A stretch of DNA of 64,000 bases from an uncultured Gammaproteobacteria bacterium. Its GTDB lineage: Bacteria; Patescibacteriota; Microgenomatia; UBA10105; UBA927. This document shows, in pieces, positions 27,400 to 37,731 of the stretch. The stretch is taken from assembly GCA_964573695.1 (NCBI GenBank), contig CAZNKB010000002.1:109898-173897 (forward strand), in the 5' to 3' direction. Each line of letters begins with the position of its first letter. The stretch's first letter is position 1. The notes below the pieces were generated by a model. It worked only from the letters and a program-made list of their open reading frames with translations. It was not told where the DNA came from and ran no database searches. The translations under genes were made by a program, and so were the position numbers.

Positions 27400-28374
27400 T
27401 TAATCGGTGAATATTTGCGTAAACATAGTGCCGTATATTCCTCCGCTGATCACTCCCACCCCGATAACATGAAATCGCGTATCCAAAATATTCGCCCGAT
27501 GACCTTCGCTGTTCATAAGCCCTTCGTGTGCACTTTTGATATCCGGCGAAAAAGCAAGGTTTTCTCCGACTAGCCCATACGATACGCTGGCAGCATCGAG
27601 GCGATCCGCGGCGTTTTTACCGTCCGGATCATAATGAGAAAAATATCTTCTTTCAAACATATCCCTGCTTTTTCCCCTGGCGACTATTGCTACCTGCTCA
27701 TCAAAACGAAGCGGGGCAAGTCCCTGTTTCTTGCGTTCAGCGTTCACGAGGTTCGTCATTTGTTGTTCCCATTCATAATGTATCGTGAGGGAAATCGGCT
27801 TGGTGGGCAATTCCAGAGATATCTGCTCCCGGCTTCCCGGCTCAACCGTCATAAATTTCGTAATATTACGGGATAAATTCTCTATATTCTCCCGCACATT
27901 GCCACCCATACGATCAGACAAAGACATGATCTGCTTACCGATCCATGAACGCTGAATATCCTGTTTGATCGCGCCCCGCATCGGCAATTCCAAAATAAGG
28001 ATAAGGAAAAACGAAATGATAACAAGCGCGTTGGCAACGGATAACAGGCTGCCTAACCAATGATTTAGTTTGGAAGTATGAAATTTTTGGGGAAGCCTAT
28101 CTAACAGGATCGTAAAGAGCGACTCAAGTATCACCTGCGACAGCATGGCCGCTATAAGGTAGCCTATCGTATCAACCCAGATTGTCGCGACACCGAATTT
28201 TTGCTCAAAAAACGCTCCGATAACGACATGAAACCTCACCGCTATCCAAAAAGAAAGTATATAGCTTGCAAAAGATGCGATCTGCCGGGTCGCCCCATGA
28301 AGCCAACCCTCTTTAAGCGCGTAAATAAGTATCGCCCCGATAACGGCGTCCACCCAATAGGCTTCCATAGTCAT
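27400..28374 (-). CDS. CvpA-family membrane domain fused to extracytoplasmic CAP (SCP/PR-1, YkwD-like) domain
   Basis: N-terminal 4-transmembrane CvpA-like region. C-terminal GENLA...NSEGHRANIL...IGVG CAP signatures. Confidence 0.6.
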   Translation of the reverse strand: MTMEAYWVDAVIGAILIYALKEGWLHGATRQIASFASYILSFWIAVRFHVVIGAFFEQKFGVATIWVDTIGYLIAAMLSQVILESLFTILLDRLPQKFHTSKLNHWLGSLLSVANALVIISFFLILILELPMRGAIKQDIQRSWIGKQIMSLSDRMGGNVRENIENLSRNITKFMTVEPGSREQISLELPTKPISLTIHYEWEQQMTNLVNAERKKQGLAPLRFDEQVAIVARGKSRDMFERRYFSHYDPDGKNAADRLDAASVSYGLVGENLAFSPDIKSAHEGLMNSEGHRANILDTRFHVIGVGVISGGIYGTMFTQIFTD

Positions 28375-29597
28375 GTATGTGCACCGACTATTTCCAATAC
28401 GCGGCGTGCGTCCGAAAGCGAAATCCTTGTCGGTAAGTTGATAATCCGCATAGCAGCCTTTTCCGCAGCCGGACAGCTGCCGGTTGTGTACCCGGCGACT
28501 GACATATCCACTCCGTGTGGGGCGATCACATCACGATACCAGTTCCCCAGCAGTATCCCTGCGGTTTTTGCCTCACTCATGATACGGTCCGGTTTTGCCA
28601 CCAGTATCGGGTATCGCAAAAAACCCGGCTTTATATCATTTGGTGGCACGGGATGATGCAATGCATGCGTATAATAAAGCGCGACAGCCTCGCGCACCGC
28701 GATAAAACGATCGAGCTTACGTAGTTGTCTTTCGAGGATCAAAGACAATGCATTGGGATAGCGAGAAGGAAAGTCTACCGGCTGGCCTCCTAATTTTTCC
28801 TCCGGGTACACCGGGTATGACAGTAACCCGAGCTTTTGCAGTGCCACCAACAAGACCTTGCCTAATCCCAGCGTATAAAGCGGCAAAATAACGGAAAATA
28901 CCACCGGGTGCAATAATTGTTGAAATATCCAAAAGTAACCCGGCATGGCGAGGCTATCGTGATATGTTTTGAGACGGCGGGCTTCATCTTTATAGGAGCC
29001 GCGTATAACAGCTGCCCCGCCCCACACACTGGAAACCACCTTGTCACGCCCGAAACTAAAAAAAGCAGCGTCGCCAATAGCTCCCAGCTTTTTCCCTTTA
29101 TACGTGGCCCCTAATCCATGAGCGCAATCTTCTATAAGGAGGAGCCTTCGTTTACGGGAAATCGACTTGATTGCGTCCATATCGGCGGGCATACCAAAGG
29201 TATGTTGGACGATAATAGCTTTTGTTTTTGACGTGATCTTTTTTTCTATGTCCCTCGGATCCAGATTATACGACGGTGTGATATCCGCATATATAGGTAT
29301 AGCCCCTGCCCAACGGATACTATTTGGAACAGCCACACAGGTAAACGCCTGAATGATCACTTCGTCTCCCGCACCAATGGAAAAAGCGTGAAGAAGGGCG
29401 AGCAACGCGGATCTGCCGCTGTTAAATAACTCTACGGTCTCGGTTTGGGTGTAGGAACGTAACCATGTGCGCACGCGCGCTACACCTTCTCCCTTTTTCC
29501 AACTCCAGGGAGCAAATAGCACTGTGATTGCCCGCCACACGTCCTCCTGCTCGGTATTAGGAGAAAGAGATGCCGAAATGATGCGCGATACAACCAT
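28371..29597 (-). CDS. DegT/DnrJ/EryC1/StrS family PLP-dependent sugar aminotransferase-like protein
   Basis: NSGRSALLALL, GDEVIIQAFTCVA, IEDCAHGLGATYKGKKLGAIGDAAFFSFGRDK (putative PLP lysine). Confidence 0.6.
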   Translation of the reverse strand: MVVSRIISASLSPNTEQEDVWRAITVLFAPWSWKKGEGVARVRTWLRSYTQTETVELFNSGRSALLALLHAFSIGAGDEVIIQAFTCVAVPNSIRWAGAIPIYADITPSYNLDPRDIEKKITSKTKAIIVQHTFGMPADMDAIKSISRKRRLLLIEDCAHGLGATYKGKKLGAIGDAAFFSFGRDKVVSSVWGGAAVIRGSYKDEARRLKTYHDSLAMPGYFWIFQQLLHPVVFSVILPLYTLGLGKVLLVALQKLGLLSYPVYPEEKLGGQPVDFPSRYPNALSLILERQLRKLDRFIAVREAVALYYTHALHHPVPPNDIKPGFLRYPILVAKPDRIMSEAKTAGILLGNWYRDVIAPHGVDMSVAGYTTGSCPAAEKAAMRIINLPTRISLSDARRVLEIVGAHT

Positions 29598-29605
29598 ATG
29601 CGTAT

Positions 29606-31213
29606 TTACTTTATAAGCAGTTTAAGTGCGTGCTCCGTATCCTTGCCTTTAAAGAGAACCGCGTCTCCTTTTCCTACGTGGGACCGGATAAACTCCGCCA
29701 CTTGAGAAGGAGAAGCGACCCGAAGATCTGCCTTGGCAGACTCGCGTCTCACCCCGCGTGCAAAATCCTCGAAATAATTTCTGTTGGTAAGAAATATGGT
29801 GTCGCATACTTTTCCGGCAAGCCTTCCCACCTCCTCATGAGAAGAGGCCGCATACGTGCCAAGTTCAATCATCGGCTGGAATACCAAAATCTTTTTACCT
29901 TTCACACGGTCCAAAAAATGGATTGCCGCACGTGCCGCATCGGGATTATTGTTAAACGTATCATCGATAAAAATCGATCCTTTTGTCCCACGATGAGCTT
30001 CCATAACCTTGCTCGCGCCGGATACATCCCTAGCGCTACGGCAGGATTCTTCAAATGTCATCCCGCAGGCAACTGCCCCAGCTATCGCAGCAAGTAAATT
30101 TTGGACCTGGTGTGCGCCCAGTACCCGCGCAGAAACCAAAAACCCGGATGTATCGCTATGACAGCGGAACCTGACTCCCTCTAATGTTGCCTCTGTCTCA
30201 CTCGCCCAAAATACATGACGCAACCGACCGGTATATGCATCAATGGATTTTTTGTTCAGGGCATACCCCCATACGTCACACCCGTCCGCCTGTGCACGCA
30301 AACCCATTTCCCTTACGTGGGGATCATCGAGATTTATAATTGCGATTCGCCTCCCGGTAAGCCCCCGGATGAGTTCATATTTTGCTTTCATTGTCGTCTC
30401 TATCGAGCCGAACAAATCCTGATGCTGGGGATTTATGGCTGTCAATATCGCGATTTGGGGTTTGACCATAGAAGACATTGTCGAAATTTCACCTCTCTTG
30501 TATGCGCCCATTTCCACCACAAATACCGAAGTATCCGGCCGTAGCGACCGAAGTATCACCTCAGCGATACCGATAGGAGAATTTTTACTTGCTTCCGTTT
30601 TGAGCGTCGAATACTTTTTTGCAATCACCGTCGCGAGATACTCCTTCACAGAAGTTTTCCCGTAACTTCCCGTGATGCCCAGGACGGTCATCGGATCATG
30701 CTTCCTAAAGATACGAAGCGCCTGACGTATGACCAGTGCGTGATATATATGCGTCGGGACAGATAGACCCAACACGACAAGAGCACTATAGGGAAACAGT
30801 AATACGTCCACCAGCGCCAGAGACACGACGGGAGGCGTTGGTGCAAACAGCAATACAAGGCCGGTGGCCACCATAGCAAATCCTCCAATCACGAACACTT
30901 TCGGGGAAATTGGCGGCAAGGACCAGCGTCTCATATGTCTTATATACCCAAGCCCCACGGCAAACACGCCAAGCGAAAGGATTATCTCTATAATCTGCCT
31001 CATCGGGGTCACGAACCACGCCGTGATAAGAACCATGAGTGCGATGTGGGATACGCCAAACAGCATGTGGCTCCCTTGTTTTGTGCGCAGATGAATACGC
31101 ATCCTGTCCAAACGATATTCTTTTCTCCACCAGAGAAAAAGCAACCCGGACACGACATAACTCAACCTCAGGATGAAACCTACCACTCCCAACACTGTGA
31201 AAGCTATGTCCAT
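29606..31213 (-). CDS. murF: Mur ligase family protein (MurF-like UDP-MurNAc-tripeptide--D-Ala-D-Ala ligase) with roughly 160-aa N-terminal 4-transmembrane extension
   Basis: GITGSYGKTS P-loop, Mur ligase middle and C domains. N-terminus has 4 predicted transmembrane helices. Confidence 0.65.
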   Translation of the reverse strand: MDIAFTVLGVVGFILRLSYVVSGLLFLWWRKEYRLDRMRIHLRTKQGSHMLFGVSHIALMVLITAWFVTPMRQIIEIILSLGVFAVGLGYIRHMRRWSLPPISPKVFVIGGFAMVATGLVLLFAPTPPVVSLALVDVLLFPYSALVVLGLSVPTHIYHALVIRQALRIFRKHDPMTVLGITGSYGKTSVKEYLATVIAKKYSTLKTEASKNSPIGIAEVILRSLRPDTSVFVVEMGAYKRGEISTMSSMVKPQIAILTAINPQHQDLFGSIETTMKAKYELIRGLTGRRIAIINLDDPHVREMGLRAQADGCDVWGYALNKKSIDAYTGRLRHVFWASETEATLEGVRFRCHSDTSGFLVSARVLGAHQVQNLLAAIAGAVACGMTFEESCRSARDVSGASKVMEAHRGTKGSIFIDDTFNNNPDAARAAIHFLDRVKGKKILVFQPMIELGTYAASSHEEVGRLAGKVCDTIFLTNRNYFEDFARGVRRESAKADLRVASPSQVAEFIRSHVGKGDAVLFKGKDTEHALKLLIK

Positions 31214-31214
31214 A

Positions 31215-31934
31215 TTACGTGTGCATGAAGTCTTCTATATAGGAAAAAAAGAGTTTGGCCTGCTTAAACGGCACACCATGATCCTGCTCGGGGATAATCT
31301 TGAGTGTTGCGGCGGGAATGACCTCCACCATGCGACGCGCCACCTGAAGCGGAACGATTACGTCAAATTCTCCCCATACCAAAAGGCACGGTATCCGAAT
31401 AGACGCCATTGCGAGTGTCAGGTCGTCTTGTACGATATATTTAAATGTCTGTCGCATAGAGCCTTCCGCCCGCAAAAACTCCCTGGCTCCGGCAATATAA
31501 TACAAAAATCTCCTGGCCCGATCAGCCAGGACGTTCAGCACCGGGAGGGCAAACAACATGCCTCCGATTTTGGAAATGACGAGAAAAAACAGTAGTTTTT
31601 TGGTTGGTATGGGGCTAAATCCCGGAGTACCTGTGAGTACGAGCGAACGGATGTCTTTTGGATACAACTGCGAAAACTTAAGCGCCACACGGCCTCCGAA
31701 TGAATGCCCGATAATAATCGGCTCATGGATATGGTTTTTGACCATGTAGGATTTGAGAAACTCCGCATAGTCCACCACATGCCACGGTTTCTCGGGGGCT
31801 CTCTCAGTCCCAAAGCCCGGTAAATCCGGGGTGAAGGTACGGAATCCAGATTGCCTCAACACCTGGGCAAGTGACGCGAATCTGCTACCGGAAAGGTTCC
31901 ACCCATGCAGGATGATCACATCTGCTGATTTCAT
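31215..31934 (-). CDS. Alpha/beta hydrolase fold protein
   Basis: IIGHSFGG nucleophile elbow. 239 aa. Confidence 0.65.
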   Translation of the reverse strand: MKSADVIILHGWNLSGSRFASLAQVLRQSGFRTFTPDLPGFGTERAPEKPWHVVDYAEFLKSYMVKNHIHEPIIIGHSFGGRVALKFSQLYPKDIRSLVLTGTPGFSPIPTKKLLFFLVISKIGGMLFALPVLNVLADRARRFLYYIAGAREFLRAEGSMRQTFKYIVQDDLTLAMASIRIPCLLVWGEFDVIVPLQVARRMVEVIPAATLKIIPEQDHGVPFKQAKLFFSYIEDFMHT

Positions 31935-31941
31935 ATCATGG

Positions 31942-33249
31942 TTATAGTTTCGCTTTGTATACGGAGCGGTCAGTGCCTATAGATTTGGTGTTCTTCATAA
32001 CCGTAAATCCCGACTTCGCGACGCAAAACGACCCTTCGGGTATATCCGAATCAAGGACAACTCCTGCACCTATCATCGAGTTGGAGCCGATTTTTACCCC
32101 AGGCATGATACTGACGTTTACCCCGATTCGCACATCCCGGGCGATCATCGCGCCCAATTTGTTTCTGTGCGTAGACAATCGGGATCCGCTTACTACCGAT
32201 GAAATTTCTCCTTCGTCAAGCCGCAAGTTTGCCAACACCGAACCAGATCCCATACTGATATTCCCCTCTAATACACTGTCGCCGATGTAGTTGCTATGGA
32301 ACCAGCAATGATCCCCAATATAACTGCGGGTAATGTCGGTATTAAATCCCGTCACACATTGTGGTCCGATATAACTGTTTCTAATAATGTTGTTGTTGCC
32401 GATAATTGTTCCGTCTCCTATATAGACCGGGCCGACAATTTTAGTGTTTTCCATAATCTTTACGTTATTGCCTAGGTAGACGGTGCCTTCGATACTCACA
32501 TTGTTGTGAATGTCCACCTGTTTACCCCGACCGGCTTTGAGCTGGCTTGCGAGCACGTGATCCATAATATCAAGCACGTGCCAGGGATATTTGAGCGAAA
32601 CAAACCTTTCTTCATACGGATATACTGCAAATCGATACTCCTTCATGAGACTCGTAAGCGCTTGTTCGTATACGTCGTCGGTATCCTGTTTGATCGACTC
32701 GAGGGCTCGGATAAGCGCATCGGCATCCCTCATAAACTGACCACCGAAATAGACGTAGTCACTGGGAGTTTTTCCCTCTCCCGGCTTTTCCCGTATACCG
32801 ATAGGGCGATCTTCCCGAAAAACAACGTAGCCGCCGGGGTAGTATGATTTCGGTTTCCAAACCGTCAGCACACCAAATACGTCAGGTTTAGCAAGCGAAA
32901 GTTGCGCACTCATAAGCCCGGAATCCGCGAGATCGTCAGCAATCATGATCATGATGCTTTTGCCTGAAATCTCTTTTTTGGCGGCTAGCACCGCACCTGC
33001 CATACCGTTAGCGCGCTCCTGTACGACCACGGTCACCGGTACGGGAAACGTTCGGTTTACAAAAAAATCCCGATTATGATTACTGGTCACGATAACACAT
33101 TCAGAAATCTCTTCGGGAAAATCCTTCGGCATTGCATAATCAAATAACGATTTATCCAAAAACGGGAATAGATTTTTGTCCGTAACAAACGGCCAAAAGC
33201 GTTTGCCCTCCCCCGCGGCCAATATGACGAGCGTGATAGTTTTTTTCAT
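31942..33249 (-). CDS. Sugar-1-phosphate nucleotidyltransferase with C-terminal left-handed beta-helix (GlmU-like bifunctional architecture)
   Basis: N-terminal LAAGEGKRF NTP-transferase motif. C-terminal hexapeptide repeats (IGDG/IGNN/IGPQ). Confidence 0.55.
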   Translation of the reverse strand: MKKTITLVILAAGEGKRFWPFVTDKNLFPFLDKSLFDYAMPKDFPEEISECVIVTSNHNRDFFVNRTFPVPVTVVVQERANGMAGAVLAAKKEISGKSIMIMIADDLADSGLMSAQLSLAKPDVFGVLTVWKPKSYYPGGYVVFREDRPIGIREKPGEGKTPSDYVYFGGQFMRDADALIRALESIKQDTDDVYEQALTSLMKEYRFAVYPYEERFVSLKYPWHVLDIMDHVLASQLKAGRGKQVDIHNNVSIEGTVYLGNNVKIMENTKIVGPVYIGDGTIIGNNNIIRNSYIGPQCVTGFNTDITRSYIGDHCWFHSNYIGDSVLEGNISMGSGSVLANLRLDEGEISSVVSGSRLSTHRNKLGAMIARDVRIGVNVSIMPGVKIGSNSMIGAGVVLDSDIPEGSFCVAKSGFTVMKNTKSIGTDRSVYKAKL

Positions 33250-34586
33250 AGGACTTTTTCCTTTTTGCGTTTGATAGTCGCACCGATGTTCGTCAATCTG
33301 TTTTCCAGGTCTTCATATCCCCGGTCGATAAGTTCGACATTATGAAGATAGCTCTCTCCGCTTGCCGTCAACGCCGCCAACACGAGCGACGCTCCCGCCC
33401 GTATGTCATCGACAGAAAGCACAGCGTCGTGAAGTTTAGTGGGTCCTTGTATACGGATACCCTGATGAAATTCCGGTTTTCGGTCTTCCCAGTTAAAGTT
33501 ATAAAACTCCGGCGGATTTTTGACGGCGGGGTCATAGAATTCTATCTCAGCTCCCATTTTCTTGAGTTCGGATACATAAGAAAATCTGCTTTCGAATACG
33601 GTCTCATGAATCGTTGAGGCACCACTGGCTTGCGTCATAAATACCGCCCAGGGAGCCTGCCAATCGGTCATAAATCCGGGATGCGGCGACGTCACGATGT
33701 CTGTCGCAATAATACTACCTTTATGGCTATACCGGGTGCGGGTCGCGTCTATAGGCTCGTACATACCGCCGGCTTTTGTGAATTGCTCCAAAAACGATCC
33801 CAAATGCTCGCGCTGCGAACCCGAAACGACGAGATCCCCGCCCGTAATTGCGGCGGCGATAGCGAAAGTAACTTCTTCATTGCGGTCAGGCATAATGGTA
33901 TATTCTATCCCGCAAAGTGAGCTCACGCCGGTGATTTCTATCACCCGTGGACTGACCCGTTTTATATCGGCTCCCATAAGGTTAAGGCACGCTATGAGAT
34001 CGTCTACCTCTACTTCTTCTGCGGCATTTTCTATAATGGTCCTCCCCTTGGCAAGCACGGCTGCCAGCAATATCGTCTCCGTTCCGGTGTGAGTATTTTT
34101 GGGAAAATTCACCGTCGCGCCATGAAGCGAGCTGGCGCTCGCATGAAAAAATCCGTCCTCTGAATTGTATTCAATCGTAGCCCCCATATCCTTAAGACCC
34201 TCGATATGCCTATCAATCGGTCGGGCCCCGAGTCGACACCCTCCCGGGTTGGGAACCGTAGCCGAACCATATCGGGCCAGGAGAGGACCCAGCACCATAG
34301 ACGACGTTCGCAATCTTGCTCCGATATCTAGCGGCACCAATGGATATTTATTCATCGTGCCGTTTTTGATCCGAACGTCGTGATTATCAAATTGAGCCGT
34401 TACCCCCAGACTCCTCAGTACTTCGATAAGGGAAAACACGTCTCTCAGGTGAGGAACGTTATGGATGACAATTTCTTCGTCCGTCAGAAGCGAGGCGATG
34501 AGAATCTTAAGAGCGACGTTTTTGGCTCCGGCTACCCCGATTTCTCCGTGCAACGGCTTGGCTCCCTTGATAATAAACGTATCCAT
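33246..34586 (-). CDS. murA: UDP-N-acetylglucosamine 1-carboxyvinyltransferase
   Basis: EPSP synthase fold. N-terminal KNVALKILIA (compare KNAALPIL of EPT-family enzymes). Length 446 aa. Confidence 0.85.
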   Translation of the reverse strand: MDTFIIKGAKPLHGEIGVAGAKNVALKILIASLLTDEEIVIHNVPHLRDVFSLIEVLRSLGVTAQFDNHDVRIKNGTMNKYPLVPLDIGARLRTSSMVLGPLLARYGSATVPNPGGCRLGARPIDRHIEGLKDMGATIEYNSEDGFFHASASSLHGATVNFPKNTHTGTETILLAAVLAKGRTIIENAAEEVEVDDLIACLNLMGADIKRVSPRVIEITGVSSLCGIEYTIMPDRNEEVTFAIAAAITGGDLVVSGSQREHLGSFLEQFTKAGGMYEPIDATRTRYSHKGSIIATDIVTSPHPGFMTDWQAPWAVFMTQASGASTIHETVFESRFSYVSELKKMGAEIEFYDPAVKNPPEFYNFNWEDRKPEFHQGIRIQGPTKLHDAVLSVDDIRAGASLVLAALTASGESYLHNVELIDRGYEDLENRLTNIGATIKRKKEKVL

Positions 34587-34590
34587 ATAG

Positions 34591-35574
34591 TTAAAATTCC
34601 CCGACTCTGACTATCTCTTCTTCCAAATTGACACCAAATTTTTGCTTGACGGCCACTCGTGCTTTTTCAATTAATTCTACCACGTCTGCGGCTTTGGCAT
34701 TTTTGCGGTTAATGATGAAATTTGCGTGCACGGGTGAAATTTGGGCATCTCCGACGACATGGCCTTTGAGCCCCGCGTTGTCTACCAAAAATCCCGCCGA
34801 CGTGGTGAGGTTGGGAGTATTTGCCGTAAGCGCTGTCGCCTTTGATATATTCTTAAACGTGCACCCTGCGGAAAAGACTCCCTGCGGCTGCGTTTCCCGC
34901 CTGTAGGATATGCTCGAGTTGGCAATCTCCCAAAGACGATCTTTTTGATCCTGTAGGAGAGCAAACGTTACGGATACGATGACATCTTGGGTTTTTTGAA
35001 TCGCACTATAATCATACGAAAAGTTAAAATAATCCCTTGTCACCGACATTGTCTCCCCTTTCGGGGTGATAATTGTCGCCTGAAAAACCGGATCCCCGAC
35101 ATACCCCTCGGGCTTCGTCCACTTGGAGTTCATACATACAGCTCCCCCCACGCTTCCCGGAAGCCCGAGCTGCATCTCGAGCCCTGATAATCCCTCCTCG
35201 ATCGTAAATCGTACGAGCTTGTTGAACGCTACTCCGGAGTCCGCTTCGACAAATACCGTACGCCGCGATGCACCCTTTTCCACTGATCCCTTTACCCCCC
35301 GTATCGAAATACCCTGGGTTGAATTTTTTATGACAAATGCGCGTATTCCTTTGTCACCGATGAGGATATTGGTGCCTCCGCCGAGTATAAAAATCGGCAA
35401 TCCGGCACTTCGGGAAAGAGTAACTGCCGTGACGAAATCTTCACGGGTTTTCGCATCGAAAAACACATCGGCGGGCCCGCCGATTTTGAAGGTGGTGTAT
35501 CGTCCCAGCGGTTCATCCGTTTTCAGGCGGTCGCCAAATGCACTGCGTAATGCTTCCGGAATTTGAATTGTCAT
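34591..35574 (-). CDS. murB: UDP-N-acetylenolpyruvoylglucosamine reductase
   Basis: FAD-binding FKIGGPAD, ILGGGTNIL motifs. 327 aa. Confidence 0.85.
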   Translation of the reverse strand: MTIQIPEALRSAFGDRLKTDEPLGRYTTFKIGGPADVFFDAKTREDFVTAVTLSRSAGLPIFILGGGTNILIGDKGIRAFVIKNSTQGISIRGVKGSVEKGASRRTVFVEADSGVAFNKLVRFTIEEGLSGLEMQLGLPGSVGGAVCMNSKWTKPEGYVGDPVFQATIITPKGETMSVTRDYFNFSYDYSAIQKTQDVIVSVTFALLQDQKDRLWEIANSSISYRRETQPQGVFSAGCTFKNISKATALTANTPNLTTSAGFLVDNAGLKGHVVGDAQISPVHANFIINRKNAKAADVVELIEKARVAVKQKFGVNLEEEIVRVGEF

Positions 35575-36992
35575 ATTGACATGGTTTGTCCGTACTCAGC
35601 TATGATTGCCGGCTCCCAATTATAGATGTCACCTGCTCCCATAAACAGCACGATGTCGCCCTCTGCCGCAAGCTCGCGAAGTTTATGCGATATGGCTCGT
35701 TGATCTTTTGCGTAATGCACATCTTTATGATATTTGGCTGCCTCCGTAACGAGCGTCATACCGTTTATTCCCAGTGAATCGTGTTCGCGGGCAGAGGCGT
35801 AGATATCAGCCAAAAGCACCGTATCGGCACTGGAAAAACACCTGCTGAATTCTTGCAACAGTGATCTGGTCCGGGAATACGTATGCGGCTGAAAAACGGC
35901 GATGATACGCTGCTTAGGATACCACTCCCTGGCGGCTTTTATAGTTGCCGCGACTTCCGCGGGATGATGAGCGTAATCATCATAAAACGTTACACCTCGC
36001 ACGAGAGACAACTTTTCAAACCGGCGCTTGGTGCCCGTAAACCCAAGCAATCCCTCACGCAATACATCCCAAGAAACGCCAGCAACGTGACAGGTAACAA
36101 GCGCTGCTACCGCATTGGACACATTATGTTTACCCGGTACTTTGAGCGAAAACTCCCCCAGCAATACCCCGCGCTCTTCAAGGGAGAAAAAAGTCCGCTC
36201 CTGACCAGCACCTACCCGAGTAATCCTGTATGTCGCCGCAGGAGAAAATCCATACGTCAGGGCTGATGTATTTTTTCGTAACTCACGACTATTGGGGTCA
36301 TCGGCGTTGAGGACTGATATAGCGCTCTTGTTTTGAAGACTGAGAAACGCTCCCTTTACCGCTTCCAGATCGGGATATGCATCGGGATGATCATAATCGA
36401 TATTGGTGACGACTAATATTTTGGGATCAAGCCAAAGGAATCGAGGCGTCAGGTCGTGAGTCGGATCAGTGATGTATTCGTCACCTTCTGCCACAAACCA
36501 GGCGCCCTTTCCTTTGTGACCGGCGGCCCCAAGCCCCGCTATGGACCCGCACCCGATAGCAAAACTCGGATCGAGCTTGGCGTGCGTGAGCAAAACGGCA
36601 ATCATAGCGCTTGTCGTCGTTTTTCCGTGGCATCCCGATACGACGATCTGACGCGAAGTTTTCATAATATCGCCGAGTGCAGCCCCATGGGGTAAAACAG
36701 GAATACCCTCTTTTATCGCCGCTTGAACTTCGACATTATCCCTTCCTCCGTGCGCTCCGGTGTAATAGACGACGTCGGGTCTGTTTTGTCCCTTTATGTG
36801 ATTCGGATCAAAACCAGAAAAAACAGTGATTCCTGTGGCCTTCAATTCTTCTTGGGTGGGGAAATCTTCCGGCACATCGCTTCCTGTTACTCTCACCCCG
36901 GACTGAGTGAGATACACGGCAAGGGACGTCATTGCCACGCCTTTTATTCCGACTAAATGTGCTTTCTTTTTCGCGGTTTTGGTATTTCTCAT
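35571..36992 (-). CDS. murC: UDP-N-acetylmuramate--L-alanine ligase
   Basis: HLVGIKGVAMTSLA N-terminus, GCHGKTTTSAM P-loop, C-terminal Mur ligase domain. Confidence 0.85.
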   Translation of the reverse strand: MRNTKTAKKKAHLVGIKGVAMTSLAVYLTQSGVRVTGSDVPEDFPTQEELKATGITVFSGFDPNHIKGQNRPDVVYYTGAHGGRDNVEVQAAIKEGIPVLPHGAALGDIMKTSRQIVVSGCHGKTTTSAMIAVLLTHAKLDPSFAIGCGSIAGLGAAGHKGKGAWFVAEGDEYITDPTHDLTPRFLWLDPKILVVTNIDYDHPDAYPDLEAVKGAFLSLQNKSAISVLNADDPNSRELRKNTSALTYGFSPAATYRITRVGAGQERTFFSLEERGVLLGEFSLKVPGKHNVSNAVAALVTCHVAGVSWDVLREGLLGFTGTKRRFEKLSLVRGVTFYDDYAHHPAEVAATIKAAREWYPKQRIIAVFQPHTYSRTRSLLQEFSRCFSSADTVLLADIYASAREHDSLGINGMTLVTEAAKYHKDVHYAKDQRAISHKLRELAAEGDIVLFMGAGDIYNWEPAIIAEYGQTMSI

Positions 36993-36999
36993 AATAGGA

Positions 37000-37722
37000 T
37001 TATGCGGTATAACCGATGACTCCGATAAGTTCGCCGAACGTGTCTTTGCTGTCTTTACGGTAGGAATAAAACGTATCTATCTGACAGGACGTACACAAAA
37101 TCGGCGCATCGATGTGATCAGGCGCGATTCCCGAATTCAACAACTCGCAGCGGTTTGCGTACCCTATATCAAGATGCCACCCGTCTGATTTTTTTGCCGC
37201 GACGGAGGGGGTGTCGCCAAAAACCGAAAGAAATTTGACAGCCCGATCGTCCTGTACGGTATAGCAGCATCCCCCGATATGCGGCCCGATAGAAGCATAT
37301 ATATCACTTCTTGTCGCTCCCATGTCGGTCATTTTCTTCACCGCATTTGCGACTATATGGGACAATGTTCCTTTCCAGCCGGCGTGCACGGCGGCGATGA
37401 CCCGAGCATTTGGATCAACGAGCAACACGGGTACACAATCCGCTACATGTACTTCCAACAAAAGACCTGCTCGCCTGGACACCAGACCGTCGACACCGGA
37501 AATGACTGCGGTGACGGCTGAGTTCACCTCGGCGATATCGTTTCCGTGAACCTGCTGCCCTCTTACAATGGGACCGTCACCATAGGCTAAGGCGCTGGCA
37601 ATCGCGTGGGTATTTTGCTCAATCCGCGCGTCCCCGTATGTTCGGGTCGAATACCCGTGAACCAAACCGGATATACCGGACAAAAGTGTAGATTGATAGA
37701 GATCGTTTTTGTCACTCTGCAT
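37000..37722 (-). CDS. pgeF: Peptidoglycan editing factor PgeF / YfiH (Cu-oxidase_4, DUF152)
   Basis: HVADCVPVLL, HAGWKG, CTSC motifs typical of the YfiH/LACC1 family. Confidence 0.75.
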   Translation of the reverse strand: MQSDKNDLYQSTLLSGISGLVHGYSTRTYGDARIEQNTHAIASALAYGDGPIVRGQQVHGNDIAEVNSAVTAVISGVDGLVSRRAGLLLEVHVADCVPVLLVDPNARVIAAVHAGWKGTLSHIVANAVKKMTDMGATRSDIYASIGPHIGGCCYTVQDDRAVKFLSVFGDTPSVAAKKSDGWHLDIGYANRCELLNSGIAPDHIDAPILCTSCQIDTFYSYRKDSKDTFGELIGVIGYTA

Positions 37723-37731
37723 AAGAGAATG

